DNA of 49,294 nucleotides from a bacterium (GTDB lineage Bacteria; Arandabacterota; Arandabacteria; Arandabacterales; JALGWA01). Location of the stretch: positions 1 to 49,294 of the forward strand of contig JASFEA010000004.1 in NCBI GenBank assembly GCA_050125095.1, given 5' to 3'. Numbering within the stretch: the first letter of the stretch is position 1; each line of letters starts with the position of its first letter. The notes beneath the pieces were generated by a model, which did no database searches, was not told the DNA's origin, and saw nothing but the letters and a program-made list of their open reading frames with translations. This document shows positions 25,684 through 36,968 of the stretch, one piece after another. The position numbers and the translations under genes are program-made.

Positions 25684-26035
25684 TTTGAAGACGAGTTCAG
25701 GCATGAAGAAGTGGATCGCCGTTTCCTTCGTCACTCTGATTGTGGTGGCCATGGCGGTTCTGGTGACATCGGCGGCTCGCGCGCAGATAGGACGACCGCA
25801 GGGGGCGCAGGCGGACACCGGCAGTCTCAAATGGGCATTCCTCTCGGCTGCCATAAGCACGGGGTTCGGATGTCTCGGGGCCGGCATAGCAGTAGCGTAT
25901 GTGGGAGCCGCGGCCGTAGGAGCCATAGGAGAGAAGCCGGAGATCGCGGGCCGCACCCTGGTGTTTGTCGGTCTCGCGGAAGGCGTCGCGATTTATGGTC
26001 TCATTATTGCGATTATGATACTGGGGAAGGTCTAG
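25673..26035 (+). CDS. ntpK: V/A-type ATPase proteolipid subunit K (c)
   Basis: Single hairpin with GAIGEKPE loop and FVGLAEGVAIYG (ion-binding Glu); extra N-terminal hydrophobic segment; start may be ATG 25703. Confidence 0.92.
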   Translation: MVDSLKTSSGMKKWIAVSFVTLIVVAMAVLVTSAARAQIGRPQGAQADTGSLKWAFLSAAISTGFGCLGAGIAVAYVGAAAVGAIGEKPEIAGRTLVFVGLAEGVAIYGLIIAIMILGKV

Positions 26036-26054
26036 GTCCGGTACGGGGTGAGCC

Positions 26055-26360
26055 ATGAAGTTCTTCGTGATCGGCGATAACGATACCGTGCTCGGCTTCA
26101 GGCTGGTCGGAGTTCAGGGCCGGGCGGTCGAGACAAGAGAGGAAGCCCTGACCGCTCTCAGGGAGGCGGTGGAGAATAGGGAGACAGGTGTAGTTCTGAT
26201 TACCGAGAAAGCGGCCGCCGGGATCAGGGATGAAGTGGAAGCCCGCCTCTACGGACTCGGATTTCCGCTGGTCCTGGAGATCCCCGACTCGTCGGGGCCG
26301 GACCCTGAGCGGCCTGAGATAGAGGACATAGTGAAGAGAGCTATTGGTGTGAGCATATGA
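26055..26360 (+). CDS. V/A-type ATPase subunit F
   Basis: MKFFVIGDNDTVLGFRLVGV, PLVLEIP, VKRAIGV. Confidence 0.92.
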   Translation: MKFFVIGDNDTVLGFRLVGVQGRAVETREEALTALREAVENRETGVVLITEKAAAGIRDEVEARLYGLGFPLVLEIPDSSGPDPERPEIEDIVKRAIGVSI

Positions 26361-27001
26361 CCGAGACGGAAGGGACACATCAGGAGTCGGCGATAATAGA
26401 AGAGATTCTCGCTGATGCGGAGGCGCAGGCCCGCAAGCTGGTTGAGAACGCGGGCCGCAGCGCGGTCGCCGAAGAGAAAAAGACCGAGAAGGAGATCGAG
26501 AAAATCAGGGAAGACGCCCGGGCGGGCTGGGACTCCAGGGTCGAGAAGATCAGGATGCGCGAAGTGTCCACGGCGCGGATCGAGGCGCGCCGAATACTGC
26601 TTGACGCCCGGGAACAGGCGGTGGCAAAGATGTTCGCTGAGATTGAGGAGGGGCTCGACCACCTCAGGGAGGACCCGGGGCGCTACCGGGAGAGCCTGCG
26701 CAACCTCGCCGTGGAGGCGGTTGCTGCCATCGGTGGTGAAGGGGTCGTCCTCAGGTTCAGCGAAAAGGACAGGGGCCTGGCCGATGAGGCCCTGCTCGGC
26801 GAGATCCGGGCCGGAGTGGAGGCGGTTGCCGGAGGCACTGCATTTCAAGCCGAGTTCACGGCCGGCGCCGGCGGCGGCTGTGTCGCCGCGTCCGCCGACG
26901 GGAGGGTCGTCTTCGACAACACCCTGGGCCGCAGGCTTGAGAGGATGCGGTCGGGAATAAGAGCCATGATTGTGGGCAGGCTGGCCAATAATGATGAGTG
27001 A
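26357..27001 (+). CDS. ntpE: V/A-type ATPase subunit E
   Basis: N-terminal coiled coil; C-terminal GGCVAASADGRVVFDNTL. Confidence 0.9.
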   Translation: MTETEGTHQESAIIEEILADAEAQARKLVENAGRSAVAEEKKTEKEIEKIREDARAGWDSRVEKIRMREVSTARIEARRILLDAREQAVAKMFAEIEEGLDHLREDPGRYRESLRNLAVEAVAAIGGEGVVLRFSEKDRGLADEALLGEIRAGVEAVAGGTAFQAEFTAGAGGGCVAASADGRVVFDNTLGRRLERMRSGIRAMIVGRLANNDE

Positions 27002-27007
27002 GGAAAG

Positions 27008-28777
27008 ATGAGTGAGCACGTAGTCGGACAGGTGCGGAGAGTCGTAGGCCCTGTCGTGGAAGCCGGCAGAGTCAAGGGCGTCGAGATGCTCGAGCTGGTT
27101 TTCGTGGGTGACGAGAGACTCGTGGGCGAGGTCGTCCGCATTGCCGGCGATTCGGCCTGGATTCAGGTATATGAGGACACTACCGGGCTCCGCGCGGGAG
27201 CGCCCGTTTACGGCCAGGGCGAGCCCCTGTCCGCTGAGCTCGGCCCCGGGCTCGTCGGAGGCATTTATGACGGTGTGCAGAGACCACTTGATGTGCTCCG
27301 GGCCAGGACGGGCGACTTCGTGTCGAGGGGCCTCCTTGTCGAAGGGCTGGACCGGGAGAGGAAATGGGAGTTCGCGCCGGCGGCAAAGCAGGGAAGCAGA
27401 GTAAGGGGAGGAGGAGTTCTCGGGTCGGTTGAGGAGACCAGCCTTATCGAGCACCGTGTGCTTGTGCCTCCCTCCCTGGAGGGGGAGCTCACTTTCGTAG
27501 CCGCCCGGGGCGAGTACGGCGTTGAGGACGTAGTGGCCAGGGTCGCGGGCGCCGGGGGGGAAACCGAGATCAGGATGTACCAGAAGTGGCCGGTGAGAGT
27601 GGGCAGACCCTATCTCAAGAGGCTGCCGCATGAGGTTCCCCTCATCACGGGGCAGAGGGTGCTGGACACCCTGTTTCCGGTGAGCCGGGGTGGAGCCGTA
27701 GTGGTGCCCGGAGGATTCGGCACGGGCAAGACCATGGTCCAGCACGCGCTGGCCAAGTGGTGCGATGCCGACCTTGTCGTATACATCGGCTGCGGCGAAC
27801 GGGGCAATGAAATGACAGAAGTGCTCGCCGATTTTCCGAAGCTGGTCGATCCCCGCACCGGAAGGTCGCTCATGGAGCGGACGATACTGATAGCGAATAC
27901 CTCCAATATGCCCGTGGCGGCGCGCGAGGCAAGCATCTACACGGGAATAACAATAGCCGAGTACTACCGCGACATGGGCCATCACGTTGCGGTGATGGCC
28001 GACTCCACGTCGCGCTGGGCGGAGGCGTTGAGGGAGCTGTCGGGCCGCATGGAGGAGATGCCGGCCGACGAAGGTTTCCCCGCTTATCTGCCCACGCGCC
28101 TGGCCGGTTTTTACGAGAGGGCCGGCATGGTGGAAACGCTGGGGGGAGAGACCGGTTCAATCACCACCATAGGGGCCGTTTCTCCGCCGGGCGGCGATTT
28201 CTCGGAGCCCGTAACCCAGCATACGAAGCGATTCGTCAGGGCCTTCTGGGCCCTCGACAAGCAGCTCGCGAACGCGCGCCACTACCCGGCGGTGAGCTGG
28301 CTCGACTCCTACAGCGAGTATACCGAGGACGTGCTGGGCTGGTGGGGCGAGAGGACAGGCGGCGAATGGGAAGAACTGAGGTCGGCCATTATCTCGGTGA
28401 TGCAGAAGGAGGCCAAGCTCCAGAGGGTGGTCAAACTCGTGGGGGCGGACGTTCTTCCCGACAGCCAGCGGCTCATACTGGAGACGGCGGAGATTTTCAA
28501 GAACGCTTTTCTACAGCAGAGCGCATTCGACGAGGTCGATGCCTTCTGCGTTGCCGAGAAGCAGTACCTCATGCTCAAGATCATCGTCAGGTTCTACCGG
28601 CTGGCGTCTCAGGCCATAACCAAGGGAGCGACGCTGGTCAGCGTGAAGAAGCTCAAAGCGGTGGGCAGTATTATGCAGATGAAGCATGACTACCCGAACA
28701 GCGATGCGGACAAACTGAAGGACCTCTTGAAGAAAGTGGAAAGGTCGCTCGATGAACTCGCAGGCATCTACTCCTGA
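27008..28777 (+). CDS. ntpA: V/A-type ATPase catalytic subunit A
   Basis: GGFGTGKT P-loop, [35 protein letters not shown]. Confidence 0.97.
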   Translation: MSEHVVGQVRRVVGPVVEAGRVKGVEMLELVFVGDERLVGEVVRIAGDSAWIQVYEDTTGLRAGAPVYGQGEPLSAELGPGLVGGIYDGVQRPLDVLRARTGDFVSRGLLVEGLDRERKWEFAPAAKQGSRVRGGGVLGSVEETSLIEHRVLVPPSLEGELTFVAARGEYGVEDVVARVAGAGGETEIRMYQKWPVRVGRPYLKRLPHEVPLITGQRVLDTLFPVSRGGAVVVPGGFGTGKTMVQHALAKWCDADLVVYIGCGERGNEMTEVLADFPKLVDPRTGRSLMERTILIANTSNMPVAAREASIYTGITIAEYYRDMGHHVAVMADSTSRWAEALRELSGRMEEMPADEGFPAYLPTRLAGFYERAGMVETLGGETGSITTIGAVSPPGGDFSEPVTQHTKRFVRAFWALDKQLANARHYPAVSWLDSYSEYTEDVLGWWGERTGGEWEELRSAIISVMQKEAKLQRVVKLVGADVLPDSQRLILETAEIFKNAFLQQSAFDEVDAFCVAEKQYLMLKIIVRFYRLASQAITKGATLVSVKKLKAVGSIMQMKHDYPNSDADKLKDLLKKVERSLDELAGIYS

Positions 28778-30167
28778 TCCCGTGGACCACAGGCTCCTCG
28801 ACCGGCGTGAATACGTCGGGATAAACGAGGTATCCGGCCCGGTGCTGGCAATAAAGAACATCCACAATGTCGGTTACAACGAGCTTGTGGAGATAATCGA
28901 CAAGAGCGGCAAGGTCCGCCTGGGGATGACCCTGGAGGTTTCGGAGGGCGCGGCGGTAGTCCAGGTTTTTGAGGGCACCTCAGGCCTGCGGCTGGAAGAC
29001 ACGCGAGTGCGCTTCCGGGGAGAGCCCCTCATGATGTCGGTTTCCGAGGAAGTCCTGGGCAGGGTGTTCGACGGGCTCGGCCGTCCCGCGGACGGCGGTC
29101 CCGAACCGGTCGGCGAGCCCAGGGACGTCAACGGCCTGCCCGTGAATCCCACGGCGCGGGAGTACCCCAGGGAATTCATACAGACGGGCATATCCGCCAT
29201 AGACGGGATGAATACCCTGGTCAGAGGGCAGAAGCTGCCCATTTTCTCCGGCAGCGGCCTTCCGCATATGAGGATAGTGGCGCAGATCGCGAGGCAGGCG
29301 AAGGTGATCAGCGGGGAAGCGAAGTTTGCGGTCGTTTTCGCAGGCATGGGGATAAAGCATGATGAGGCAATGTTCTACATAAGGAACTTCGAGGAGTCGG
29401 GAGCGATGGAAAGGGCGGTGGTGTTCCTGAGCCTGGCCGACGCTCCCTCGGTGGAGCGCCTGGTGACCCCGCGCTCCGCTCTCACGGTGGCGGAGTACCT
29501 GGCCTTCGACCTCGGGATGCACGTGCTGGTGATTCTCACCGACATGTCCAACTATTGCGAGGCCTTGAGAGAAATATCCACCGAGCGGGAAGAGGTTCCC
29601 AGCCGGAAGGGCTATCCGGGGTATCTGTACAGCGATCTTGCCAGCATATACGAGCGCGCCGGCATGTTGAAGGGAAGGCCGGGCTCGATAACACAGATGC
29701 CCGTCGTCACGATGCCGAATGACGATATTTCGCATCCCATTCCCGATCTTTCCGGCTACATAACCGAGGGCCAGATTGTCCTGGAGCGGGAAATGAGCCA
29801 GAGGGGGATATACCCGCCCATCGCGGGCCTGCCGTCCCTGTCCCGGCTCATGAAAGACGGCATAGGCGAGGGCATGACAAGGGCGGACCACGCGCATCTT
29901 GCAAGCCAGCTCTTCGCCGCGTACGCGCATGTCAAGGACATAAGGGCGCTGGCTTCCGTTATCGGGGAGGAGGAGCTCACGCCGCTCGACCACAAGTACC
30001 TCGAATTCGGTGACACCTTCGAGCAGGATTTCGTAAGCCAGGGATTCGATGAGGACAGGTCTCTTATTGATACTCTGGACCTGGGCTGGAGAGTGCTTTC
30101 CATCCTCCCGCGCGAGGAGCTCCACCGCGTAAGCCCGGAGGAGCTACAGCAGTACTACAAAGGCTAG
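28752..30167 (+). CDS. ntpB: V/A-type ATPase subunit B
   Basis: [48 protein letters not shown]. Confidence 0.97.
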   Translation: MNSQASTPDPVDHRLLDRREYVGINEVSGPVLAIKNIHNVGYNELVEIIDKSGKVRLGMTLEVSEGAAVVQVFEGTSGLRLEDTRVRFRGEPLMMSVSEEVLGRVFDGLGRPADGGPEPVGEPRDVNGLPVNPTAREYPREFIQTGISAIDGMNTLVRGQKLPIFSGSGLPHMRIVAQIARQAKVISGEAKFAVVFAGMGIKHDEAMFYIRNFEESGAMERAVVFLSLADAPSVERLVTPRSALTVAEYLAFDLGMHVLVILTDMSNYCEALREISTEREEVPSRKGYPGYLYSDLASIYERAGMLKGRPGSITQMPVVTMPNDDISHPIPDLSGYITEGQIVLEREMSQRGIYPPIAGLPSLSRLMKDGIGEGMTRADHAHLASQLFAAYAHVKDIRALASVIGEEELTPLDHKYLEFGDTFEQDFVSQGFDEDRSLIDTLDLGWRVLSILPREELHRVSPEELQQYYKG

Positions 30168-30207
30168 ATGTTATGTATGCGTCCTGAAGGGCGAATAGAG
30201 GAGGCAC

Positions 30208-30837
30208 ATGGCCAGGTATGAAGTCGCGCCGACGCGTACGAACCTTCTGAGGCTCAAGAGCGAACTCGCCTTCGCTGACGAAGGTTATGAACTCCTCGAA
30301 CAGAAACGCGAGATTCTCGTGGTGGAACTCAAGCGATTCACAGCCAGGGCCATTGAAGCCCAGCGGCGCGTGGACGACGAGCTCGCCAGGGCCTATGCTG
30401 CTCTGAAGGAGGCCGAACTCGCAAGCGGCATGTCGGGAGTCAATTCGTCCGCACGGGCCGTGAACGTGGAAGCCGACATCAACCTCAGGATGAGACGCGT
30501 CATGGGGGTCAGCATCCCGGCGGCGAAACTGGATCTCAAGGACAACCTCCCTTATTTCGGCCCGCAGGCGACTTCGGTGTGGACGGACGAGGCGATCGTG
30601 AGGTTCAAGAACGCGCTGGCGGCCATCTCGCAGCTCGCGGAAGCCAGGATTTCGGTCATACGTCTGGCGCGCGAGATCCAGAAGACGATCAGGCGCGTTA
30701 ACGCGCTGGAACATGTGTTCCTTCCGGACTACAACGAAACCATCAAGTACGTTGAGGACTCACTCGAGGAAGCAGACAGAGAGTCGTTCTTCATGACCAG
30801 GCTCGTCAGGGACCGGCTCGAAGCGCGCAGGAGGTGA
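30208..30837 (+). CDS. ntpD: V/A-type ATPase subunit D
   Basis: PTRTNLLRLK, GYELLEQKREIL, KTIRRVNALE. Confidence 0.95.
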   Translation: MARYEVAPTRTNLLRLKSELAFADEGYELLEQKREILVVELKRFTARAIEAQRRVDDELARAYAALKEAELASGMSGVNSSARAVNVEADINLRMRRVMGVSIPAAKLDLKDNLPYFGPQATSVWTDEAIVRFKNALAAISQLAEARISVIRLAREIQKTIRRVNALEHVFLPDYNETIKYVEDSLEEADRESFFMTRLVRDRLEARRR

Positions 30838-30841
30838 GTAT

Positions 30842-31330
30842 ATGGGCGCTGCCCCTCTGAGCAAGATTCTTTTGGCCGTTGATGCCACCGAGGCATCCCT
30901 CGCCGCCGCGAGATACGGAATAGCGGTTGCGGGGATATACGGGGCGGAACTTCACGCAGTTTACGTCGTAAACGAGAAGCTCCTTGAAGAGCTCCTCAGG
31001 GCCAAGGTTTTTGTCGAGGCCGAGGAAGTCGACCTGGAGGTCGACCTGGAGGAAGACGGCAATAGATATCTCTCCTATGTCAAGAAGCTGGCCCGCGACA
31101 AGAACGTCAATGTGAATACGGAGCTCTTGAAGGGCATAGTCCACCGTGAGATCGTAGATAAAGCTACCCAAATCGGTGCGACCCTTATTATTATTGGTGA
31201 GATTGAAGAGCCACTGAGCAGGAAAGACGCCTTCTACGACGAAGGCGAGATGATCCTGCGCAGGGCGGGCTGCCCGGTTCTCATGGTGAGGGGCGAAAGC
31301 CTGGTTGACGACATTTACGACTCGCTTTGA
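30842..31330 (+). CDS. Universal stress protein (USP)
   Basis: KILLAVDATEAS, ELHAVYVV, ILRRAGCPVLMVR. Confidence 0.88.
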   Translation: MGAAPLSKILLAVDATEASLAAARYGIAVAGIYGAELHAVYVVNEKLLEELLRAKVFVEAEEVDLEVDLEEDGNRYLSYVKKLARDKNVNVNTELLKGIVHREIVDKATQIGATLIIIGEIEEPLSRKDAFYDEGEMILRRAGCPVLMVRGESLVDDIYDSL

Positions 31331-31359
31331 TATAGAGGCGAACTGCGGAGGAAAAGGCA

Positions 31360-31824
31360 ATGGTTCTGGCTAACGTGATCACCGAAAAGACAGTGAAAAT
31401 CGATGTCTCCGGTGTGGATAAATGGACCCTTATAGAGGAACTGGTCGATATGATTGTCGATAGCGGGAAGGCCACCGACCGCGAAGCTCTGCTGACGGCT
31501 GTGATGGAGAGGGAGCAGCAGGGAAGCACCGGGCTCGAGCGGGGCATCGCGATTCCGCATGCGAGGTCGGAGGGCGTCGACTGCGTGGTCGGCGCACTGG
31601 CCGTTTCGTCGGAGGGCATCGACTTCGACTCGGCGGACGGCAAGCCGGCGCATCTCATATTCCTGATTGTGGCACCTCAGCATGAATCGACCAGGTATCT
31701 TAAGACGCTTTCCGCCATAACCTTCATCGGCAAGAGCGAGAGCAAGACGTCGCGTCTGATTTCAGCCTCTTCGCCGGGGGAAGCCATCTCCGTGCTCGAG
31801 GAAAACGGAGATCCTTCCCTCTAG
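31360..31824 (+). CDS. PTS EIIA type-2 (Fru/Ntr-like) protein
   Basis: EREQQGSTGLERGIAIPHAR (phosphorylatable His), GIDFDSADGKPAHLIFL. Confidence 0.9.
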   Translation: MVLANVITEKTVKIDVSGVDKWTLIEELVDMIVDSGKATDREALLTAVMEREQQGSTGLERGIAIPHARSEGVDCVVGALAVSSEGIDFDSADGKPAHLIFLIVAPQHESTRYLKTLSAITFIGKSESKTSRLISASSPGEAISVLEENGDPSL

Positions 31825-31842
31825 CACAAGGGACCGGGGCGA

Positions 31843-33033
31843 ATGACCTCCAGGGAGAAGTCCATACTTGTCGCCATGTCGGCATGCCATGCCCTTGTCC
31901 ATTCCTATATGCTTGTCTTCCCCACCATTTACAAGTCGCTGGGTGAGGAGCTTCACCTGGAGTTCGCCCGCGTCGGTCTGGTGGGCATGGTTTCTTACAT
32001 GGCATTCGGATTCGGTGCACTGCCGGCGGGATTTCTTGTCGACCGGTTCGGGGCAAGGAACCTGGTGGTGATCTTTCTTGCAGGGACATCGCTTGCTTCA
32101 GTGCTCACCTTCTTCGCAGGCGGCGGTCTCGGGGTGGCCGCGGCGCTCGTAATCCTGGGTTTCTTCGCGAGCCTCTACCATCCGGCCGGGCTCGCCATGA
32201 TAAGTATGAACGTGAAGGACGTGGGCAAGGCGATCGGCATTCACGGGATGGCGGGAACCCTGGGCGTGGCCGTCGCGCCGCTTGTAGCGGGGACGATGAC
32301 TTCCAGATTCGCGTGGCAGCATTCATATCTCGTTCTCGGAATGGCGGGCGCCGTGCTGCTTGTGTTTATTCTGGCTTCATTCAAAAGCGGCCGGCCGGAG
32401 GCGGCCGGCAGGAGCGAGGGCGCCGATGAGCGGGCCGGGGCTAAATCCGCCTGGCGCGAACTGGTTATCGTATACGTCGTCGTTCTCATATACGGGCTCA
32501 TTTACCGCGGTGTCATGACCTTCTTCCCGACCTATCTCGCCGAGCGGGTGCCCTTCATCGGCGACGACGTCGCCCGCCTGGGCTACGTGAGTTCGGGCAT
32601 TATGGTGATTTCCATTGTCGGCCCCCTGGCTGGGGGCTATCTCGCCTCGCACAGCAGGGATATACGTCGAAGCCTGTTCGGCGTTTTCGCCGCCCTGGCG
32701 CTTCTTTCCGTGGGATTCTATTTCCTCTACGGGCTGCCGCTGGTGATGGTGGTCGCGCCCACCGTGCTCCTCATCTTCTGCTTCCAGCCCCTGCAGAACA
32801 CGCTGATCGCGAGGCTTTCACATGACAGGCGCCGCGGCATCGCCTATGGAATAAACTTCACGCTTTCCTTCGGCGTGGGAGCCGTGGCTGCGGGGATAGG
32901 CGGCGTCATAGGGGGGAGATTCGGGCTGGGCTCCATATTCATATTCATGTTCGCGCTATGCGCGCTCGAGATGATCATAATAGCGTCAACTCATCTTGCC
33001 AGGAGAAGGAGAGCGTCAAATGGACTGTCCTAA
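31843..33033 (+). CDS. MFS transporter
   Basis: About 12 TM segments; motif [11 protein letters not shown]; SLYHPAG. Confidence 0.9.
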   Translation: MTSREKSILVAMSACHALVHSYMLVFPTIYKSLGEELHLEFARVGLVGMVSYMAFGFGALPAGFLVDRFGARNLVVIFLAGTSLASVLTFFAGGGLGVAAALVILGFFASLYHPAGLAMISMNVKDVGKAIGIHGMAGTLGVAVAPLVAGTMTSRFAWQHSYLVLGMAGAVLLVFILASFKSGRPEAAGRSEGADERAGAKSAWRELVIVYVVVLIYGLIYRGVMTFFPTYLAERVPFIGDDVARLGYVSSGIMVISIVGPLAGGYLASHSRDIRRSLFGVFAALALLSVGFYFLYGLPLVMVVAPTVLLIFCFQPLQNTLIARLSHDRRRGIAYGINFTLSFGVGAVAAGIGGVIGGRFGLGSIFIFMFALCALEMIIIASTHLARRRRASNGLS

Positions 33034-33208
33034 CCGCGAGAAGAACATGGCCGGGTGCAACTGCACGTATGAGCCGTGTTCCAGGAAGGGCGTGTGCTGT
33101 GAGTGCATTCTCTACCACAGGAGGGCTGGAGAGCTTCCCGCCTGCTATTTCCCCGACAAGGTCGAGCGCACCTTTGACAGGTCGGTAGAGCGGTTCAAGT
33201 CCCTGTGA
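33020..33208 (+). CDS. Small Cys-rich protein (DUF6485-like)
   Basis: [30 protein letters not shown]...ELPACYF; ATG 33020 after AAGGAG; family name recalled from memory. Confidence 0.75.
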   Translation: MDCPNREKNMAGCNCTYEPCSRKGVCCECILYHRRAGELPACYFPDKVERTFDRSVERFKSL

Positions 33209-33230
33209 CGCGGGGCAGGGGGCGCGTGAA

Positions 33231-34520
33231 GTGCAGAGGGCGATAATCGGATTCCTGACATCGGCGAGGGCCGGGATCGTCGTAATGACCGTCCTGGCGG
33301 TTCTGTCCCTTCTGGGGGCCATCATACCTCAGGGCGGAACGCATGAAGCCTACGTTCAGGTCTTCGGGTCCGCCCGCGGCGACCTTATATGGTACACGGG
33401 CCTGGGCGATGTCTATCGCTCGGCGTATTATTCCGGGCTGCTATTGCTTCTGTGTGTCATGGTCCTTGCGTGCGCCCTCAAGCGGCTCCCGGGTCAGGTC
33501 CGCCAGGCGGCGCGCCGCGAGTTCATTTCCGATGAGAACCGTCTTGGAAAAATGCAATGCCACGCCGCGCTCGAGCTCGATGTCGACGCGGAGGAGGCGG
33601 CGCTCCACGCAGCCGATATCTGCAGGAAGCGCCTGTACCGGGCCTGGACCAGGAGGCGGAACGACGTCTTCATGGTATTGGCCTCCAGGACGGCGTTTGC
33701 CAGGTACGGGAGCTTTCTCCTGCATGTGAGTTTCATATTCCTGCTGGCCGGGGGCGTTGCGTTCACGCGATTCGGTTACAGGTCGCTTGAGGATGTGCCC
33801 GTAGGAGGCGAGTTCGATTTGCCCGGCCTCTCCGGCGTCACGGTAATAGTCAATGACTTCGAGGTGGTTCAGGACGAGTTCGGGCGGGTATCCGATTATG
33901 TCTGCAGCGTCATGCTCACCGACAGCGGCAGGCCCGTTCTCGTCAGGGGAATAAGCCCCAACCACCCGCTCGAATACAGGGGACGCGAGGTCTTCCTCGT
34001 TTCCTACGAACAGGACTTCGAGTCCCTTCAGGGCCTCGTGGTGTCTGTGCATGACAGAAGCGGAAAGGCGATTGTCCCGGTTCTCTACCTTCCCTTCGGC
34101 AGCCCGCTCGATGTGCCGGGCGCCAACCTCGTGCTGGAGGCCGTTGATGCCGTGGCGCCCTTCGTGAGGATAGACTATCCCGCGGGGGAGATCGAAGATG
34201 TGCGGCTCGAACCGGAGACGGTGACCTTCAACGATGATGGAAACCTGGGGTTTTCGGTCATTCACGGCGTGCCGTCGGTGATCGTGGCCCTTGAAGTCGT
34301 TAGAGAACCCGGGGAATGGCTCGTGGTCGCTGGGCTTGCTCTCCTCACCGTCGGGAGCTTCGTCTGCCTCTACTTGTCACACCGGAGAATCTGGTTTATA
34401 GTGAAGAGCCTTCCCGGTAGGAAGGCGCGGGTCGTCTTCGGCGGCGGTACCAGCCGGAATGTCGACAGTTTCCGCGGGGAGTTCGAACACGTTAGGAGAA
34501 CCCTCGATGAGCTCAGTTGA
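33231..34520 (+). CDS. resB: Cytochrome c biogenesis protein ResB/Ccs1 (system II)
   Basis: LGAIIPQ, DVYRSAYY, conserved His in LLHVSF, periplasmic PNHPL, REPG before the last TM; adjacent to ccsA. Confidence 0.85.
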   Translation: MQRAIIGFLTSARAGIVVMTVLAVLSLLGAIIPQGGTHEAYVQVFGSARGDLIWYTGLGDVYRSAYYSGLLLLLCVMVLACALKRLPGQVRQAARREFISDENRLGKMQCHAALELDVDAEEAALHAADICRKRLYRAWTRRRNDVFMVLASRTAFARYGSFLLHVSFIFLLAGGVAFTRFGYRSLEDVPVGGEFDLPGLSGVTVIVNDFEVVQDEFGRVSDYVCSVMLTDSGRPVLVRGISPNHPLEYRGREVFLVSYEQDFESLQGLVVSVHDRSGKAIVPVLYLPFGSPLDVPGANLVLEAVDAVAPFVRIDYPAGEIEDVRLEPETVTFNDDGNLGFSVIHGVPSVIVALEVVREPGEWLVVAGLALLTVGSFVCLYLSHRRIWFIVKSLPGRKARVVFGGGTSRNVDSFRGEFEHVRRTLDELS

Positions 34521-35301
34521 GACCATCCTGTATGCGGTCCTGCCGGTCTACTTCCTGGCTATGGTATTTCTCGGCTTCGGGACGGTGGTTCCGGGGAAGA
34601 AGGCGGGAAAGGCCTGGTTTTATCTCCTGGTGACAGGCTTTCTGCTGCACACAGCGGCGCTGGTGCTGCGGACGATTCTCTCCGGCGACGTTCCCTTCAC
34701 GGACCTATTCGAGTACTGCCTGTTCATGGGCTGGGCGGTAGCACTCGTCTACCTCGTCTTCTTCAGGAGGGACCTGCCGCGCCCGGTGAGCGCAATGGTG
34801 GTGCTCGTGCTTATTCTGCTTGTGGGTCTGGCGCTCTTCTATTATTCGGACCCCATGTCTGCCAAGATGCCGGCGCTCAAGAGCAACTGGCTTTATGTGC
34901 ATGTCTCACTGGCCGCGCTGGGTGAGACCTTTTTCGCCATAGCTTTTGCCGCGAGCCTCATTCTCCTCATCAAGAGGAATACGGCAGGGAGCGAGTATCT
35001 CGGCCGGCTTGACAGCATCGCGTACAGGGCTGTCAGCATGGGCTTCCCCATATTCACGGCGGGGGCCATGGTGGCCGGGGCGATCTGGGCCAAGCGGGCC
35101 TGGGGAGCCTACTGGTCATGGGATCCAAAGGAGACCATGTCGCTCGTGGTGTGGCTCATCTACGCCATCTATCTGCACATGAGGCTGGTAAGAGGCATGA
35201 AGGGGGCGCCTGCCGCGATAGTAGTCATAGTGGGCTTCATAATGACGCTGCTCACCATATCGGGGAGTATGCTCCTGGGCGGCCTGCATTCGTACGGTTA
35301 G
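34507..35301 (+). CDS. ccsA: Cytochrome c assembly protein CcsA/ResC
   Basis: WWD motif WGAYWSWDPKE, PALKSNWLYVHV, C-terminal GLHSYG. Confidence 0.93.
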   Translation: MSSVETILYAVLPVYFLAMVFLGFGTVVPGKKAGKAWFYLLVTGFLLHTAALVLRTILSGDVPFTDLFEYCLFMGWAVALVYLVFFRRDLPRPVSAMVVLVLILLVGLALFYYSDPMSAKMPALKSNWLYVHVSLAALGETFFAIAFAASLILLIKRNTAGSEYLGRLDSIAYRAVSMGFPIFTAGAMVAGAIWAKRAWGAYWSWDPKETMSLVVWLIYAIYLHMRLVRGMKGAPAAIVVIVGFIMTLLTISGSMLLGGLHSYG

Positions 35302-35310
35302 GACTGGGGT

Positions 35311-35703
35311 TTGAAACGAATACTCCTGATCTTCGAGCGGCGCAGGTGGCTTCCCACCCTGATGTGGGCGATAACGATTTTCATCGTCTCCTCGATACCC
35401 AGGATCGGCATAACGATCGCCCGCCTTGAAGGTTGCGATAAAATCGCGCATTTCGTAGAATACTTCGTACTTGGCTGGGCACTGCGCTACTGGTCGCGGG
35501 ACGGCAGGGCCAGGTTCCTTGCCGGTGGTATTGCATATGCGGCTTTCGACGAATTCCACCAGAGATATGTGCCCGGCAGGGTTATGAACCTGGGGGACTT
35601 CGTGGCCGACGCGGCGGGAATCACGTTGGGATTCCTTATGATAGGAGCGATCTACAGGCGGAGGGCCAAAGCGAGCCATAAGGAGAGTTCGGAGGATGGG
35701 TAA
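35311..35703 (+). CDS. VanZ family membrane protein
   Basis: DKIAHFVEY, DEFHQRYVPGR, DFVADAAG. Confidence 0.88.
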   Translation: MKRILLIFERRRWLPTLMWAITIFIVSSIPRIGITIARLEGCDKIAHFVEYFVLGWALRYWSRDGRARFLAGGIAYAAFDEFHQRYVPGRVMNLGDFVADAAGITLGFLMIGAIYRRRAKASHKESSEDG

Positions 35704-36967
35704 GAAGTTCAAGGCGATGCGTGGCACCCACGATCTCCTCCCTGAGGATTCTCAGGTCTGGAGGAGGATTGAGACGGTATTCGTGGACCTGTGCGGGAGG
35801 TACGGCTACGGGGAAATACGCGTGCCCGTCTTCGAGGCCACCGAGCTTTTTGAGCGCGGGACCGGGTTCGCAACCGACGTCGTTCAGAAGGAGATGTATA
35901 CATTCCCGGATAAGAAGGGCAGGAGCCTGAGCCTGCGCCCGGAGGGCACGCCTTCGGTGATACGCGCCTATCTTGAACACGGGCTCTCCAGGAAGGCCAA
36001 GGTCGCCAAGTTATATTACATGGGTCCCATGTTCCGATACGATAAGCCCGGGGCCGGCCGGTACCGCCAGTTCCACCAGCTGGGGATAGAAGTCATCGGG
36101 ACGCCGAGTCCGCAGGCGGATGTCGAGGTTATCGTTCTCCTCTGGGAATACCTGAAAGCCATCGGACTTAAGGATATCGGTCTCAGAGTAAATACGCTCG
36201 GCTGTAAGGAGTGCCGCGAGCGCTATTCGGGGGTCGTTCGGGACTTCCTCGAGGACCGGCTCGACCGGCTATGCGAGGACTGCCATGACAGGTTCAAGCG
36301 CAACCCCCTGAGGGTGCTGGACTGCAAGGTTGCCACCTGCAAGGAGGTGATAGCGGACGCCCCGGAAATCGGCGCCGTTCTCGATGAGGAATGCGTATCT
36401 CACTTCGATGAGGTACAGCGCTACCTCGGGGCGGCGGGTGTTGATTTCCATGTCGATTCCAAGCTCGTGCGCGGTCTGGACTACTATACCAGGACGGTCT
36501 TTGAAGTCTATCACGGCGCCACCGGTGTGGATTCTTCACTCGGGGGCGGCGGGCGATACGATGAGCTCGTCCGGGAGCTGGGCGGCCCCAGCACGCCGGC
36601 CGTGGGTTTCTCAGCCGGCATCGAGAGAATAGTCCTGGCGCTGAAGGCGGAGGAGGTGGCGGCCGGACAACACCACCTCCTGGACGTCTACGTTGCCTCG
36701 ATCGCCGATGACAGCTTTGATTACGCTTTTGACCTGGCCTATGAGCTCAGGAAAGACTTCCGGGTGTGGCTGGAATACGAAAGCAGGAGGCCGCAGAAAC
36801 AACTCGCGGCGGCCTCCAAGATGGGCGCTGCGTACACGGCGATAGTGGGGGAGGATGAAGTCAGGAACAAGACCGTGGTTTTCAAGCAGATGGAGTCAGG
36901 GGAGCAGGCGGAGATTCGATGGGACGAGGCCGGCTCCTGGCTGAAGAAGAAGCTCGGGGGTAACTAA
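35696..36967 (+). CDS. hisS: Histidine--tRNA ligase
   Basis: [39 protein letters not shown]. Confidence 0.98.
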   Translation: MGKKFKAMRGTHDLLPEDSQVWRRIETVFVDLCGRYGYGEIRVPVFEATELFERGTGFATDVVQKEMYTFPDKKGRSLSLRPEGTPSVIRAYLEHGLSRKAKVAKLYYMGPMFRYDKPGAGRYRQFHQLGIEVIGTPSPQADVEVIVLLWEYLKAIGLKDIGLRVNTLGCKECRERYSGVVRDFLEDRLDRLCEDCHDRFKRNPLRVLDCKVATCKEVIADAPEIGAVLDEECVSHFDEVQRYLGAAGVDFHVDSKLVRGLDYYTRTVFEVYHGATGVDSSLGGGGRYDELVRELGGPSTPAVGFSAGIERIVLALKAEEVAAGQHHLLDVYVASIADDSFDYAFDLAYELRKDFRVWLEYESRRPQKQLAAASKMGAAYTAIVGEDEVRNKTVVFKQMESGEQAEIRWDEAGSWLKKKLGGN

Positions 36968-36968
36968 C

